In this document: positions 34,372-64,000 of the stretch, in pieces
Position numbering within the stretch: the stretch's first letter is position 1
Layout: each line of letters opens with the position of its first letter
Source: Lytechinus pictus
Taxonomy: Eukaryota
Reading direction: 5' to 3'
DNA length: 64,000 nt
Assembly (NCBI RefSeq): GCF_037042905.1
Contig: NC_087252.1
Span: 23,748,001-23,812,000 of the forward strand
Position numbers and translations under genes: made by a program
Notes under the pieces: generated by a model
The model's input: the letters and a program-made list of their open reading frames with translations, nothing else
Databases searched by the model: none
Told to the model about the DNA's origin: nothing

Positions 34372-36796
34372 CACATGTATTTCCAGTAAGTTAAGTACTA
34401 GTATTTCAAATAGGATATTAGACAGAATGCATGATAAAAGTAGAATATTGATAATACTACGCAAAACAAACATACAAGGAAGGAAAAATGAGACATAAAA
34501 ACCTGATTCATACATAATATCATACATACTCAATATTATTTATTTCCATTTAAAAAATCAATCATTTTAAAAGACAAGGCAAGAGTTGGTTTGATTTGAG
34601 AATATCAAAAGCATGACATAATACCGGATATGAAATGTAGTATAAACATCATCAATCCATTACAAAAATCAGAAATAAATTACTCTTCTGTCAAAAATTC
34701 CCTTTTTTCAAATAAAAAGGAAAAATACCCTGCAGAGTTAATACAAAATAATGAGGAAATAAAATAAGTTACCTTAAATATGTATTCCTTTGGATACATC
34801 AATATGAGGGTTGTAGCACCATAAAAGCAGCATATATTTCCAATTGAAATGGTTTTCATAAAGAATAGGAAGATATAATGGTATATGTTTACTAAACAGG
34901 CTTTCAAATGTTTTTTCCTCTCTAATATGCACCAGATTTGATTCTTGAAAGCATGCTAAACATTGATTTCAGTAAAGAAATAAAGACATTAAGGGGTACA
35001 TATAAAATATATACACTGTACAATGCAATCAAACACAACTTTACATTAAGCTAAAAAGTTATCTATTTTGCTCAACTTTTAGTTTGAATTTGCATTTTGG
35101 TAGAATTGATAATTAGTACCTGATAAAAGGTGACAGAAATAAATAATAATAATTGTGAATTCATATTGTGCAATTTCTACATGGATATCCTAAAATGCAC
35201 ACTACAATAAAGGTGAAAATATAATAGACAAACATGAGTAGGTCAAAACAAAATGGAAGCCAAATATCTCTCTAAAATGCAATACAATAGAAGTGTCTGA
35301 TTTATTGAAAACTCTCTTGAAAAAGTTAAGTTTTCAGAAAAAAATAAAAAATGTACAATTCGCTGGATTGAGTGTAGATACCTAAAAAATGTTTGTGCCA
35401 TGTTTTGCTACCACTTTAAGGATCCAATCCAGTGTCTGTTAATTCCTGCATACACAAAACGACGTAGGATCTGGCAAACACCATAAAAAAATTGAACAGA
35501 ATTCATCACAAGTTGACATAAAAAAAACTCCCACAAAGAATATTGAAAATAATTCTCAATATTAGCAAATCTACTCATCCTGCTACTTAATGATGCATAT
35601 ACAAGCATTAAAAAAAACCTTAAGAAAATGATCATTAAACTTATAAAATACATGGATATATTTAAAACAGAGGTAGTGCTATCATTAAATTATATCAAAC
35701 CTAATCACAAATAACAATTACCTAAATTAACAGAGTCAGCAGAACATATGTATAAAGAGATAATTCATTGGTTCAATAAAAGTTTATTTTCAAGGATGCA
35801 CATATCACGTTACATAAAATGAAATAAATACACTTTTTAATGTAATAAGATTGGTTTGGTTCATGTAGTAAAATATCTAGTAAATTCATTCAATTTCACT
35901 TTTCGAACAACATACAACAGCTTATTACTTGAATACTGAAATAAGAGTTGTTTTTATTTTCAGATTTTCGGAAGACCACTCCAAAAATTTCCGCTGATTG
36001 ATTTGCTCATTATGGCACTATCATTGTGCATTTTAAGTCACAAATTTGAAAAAAGGCAGATACTACCAGGGTATTCATCCCCAATGAAAATTAAGCTTCA
36101 GTAGCACTGATTAGAGGCTGAATTAAATTGCTGATTGATAATGTTCCATGATAGGGTTTTTTTTCAAATGAACACAACTTCAGCCTTTCGAAAACAGTGT
36201 TTAAGCTATGCTTCTGTTTCGATGCTGTATCTTAATTTGTATCTATCTGAGCTCTGAATATGCATAACAAAATATAATGCATGCCCTGACATAGCAGCAC
36301 ACCTGTTTCGTTGCATAATCCGTTGATAGCTTTGATGGAAGCCCCCAGGTTATGGCAATAATAAATCACAGTGCTAAGGGGGCATTCCATGAAAGTAGTA
36401 GGCACTATCAAACTAAATTGTCAATGCTGAGACAATATCAGTGAAATCCTTGCTTTTGATTGGCTGAGAGCACTAGCCTCTGACTGTTACTATAGTAACT
36501 GTCAGAGGAAGACAACATTTCATTGCTTAATATTTTCATAAATCGGTCCCCCCCCTTCCCAAGTCCAAATTAAACAGTTTGCATAGCATGTATGTATCTT
36601 ATCAGCACACATAATATCAAAGCTCATCAAAAGATCTAAATCCGAGTCTGTACGACATAAACTTTTGTCCCTCTGCAGAAAAAAACTATCAAAGTCCTTG
36701 TAACGGAGTAGATCTCTTTAGAATGAATCCACATCGGATAATGGAGGGAGCTCAGTAAGTCTCCCCAAAGACAGTCTTTACATGTTCATATCCAAA

Positions 36797-63876
<27,080 letters not shown>

Positions 63877-64000
63877 CTGAAGCATAATATAATAAAAAGG
63901 GAATTGTGTGAAATACAGAGTTTTAAATAATACATGAAAGTTATAAGCCAAAATGACAGCAAAAATGTAGATTCAAATATTCAGTAGCACCTGATATACA

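Overview
AT-rich eukaryotic (metazoan) DNA. The repeat families suggest a sea urchin or similar invertebrate deuterostome; this is an inference. Two multi-exon genes lie on the minus strand, and both could be spliced by hand with GT-AG junctions and consistent frame. (1) The 3' part of a Kielin/chordin-like (KCP) gene: 24 exons at 63876->36797, encoding 12 vWC repeats, a vWD domain with GDPH, C8 and TIL. (2) A FAM234/ITFG3-like type II membrane beta-propeller gene: likely non-coding first exon near 32 kb, 8 coding exons at 29404->338, continuing off the left edge. The introns are packed with mobile DNA. The most striking structure is the 14.1-kb FAM234 intron (525-14641), which is almost entirely a four-level nested insertion: tRNA-SINE > DINE-1/HINE-like Helentron > 12.5-kb non-coding CACTA/EnSpm-like element > 3.75-kb near-perfect palindromic foldback element with a 6-bp TSD. 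The CACTA-like element also carries a housekeeping-type promoter, a perfect splice donor and a splice-flanked RTE fragment. Other notable items: a Penelope-type minimal hammerhead ribozyme, a 7SL-like 5' fragment, paired Cys->Ala loss in the KCP C8 domain, a partially duplicated KCP exon that could give a truncated isoform, a 4.7-kb non-autonomous piggyBac-like element and many MITEs. All family assignments are by eye and were not checked by database search.
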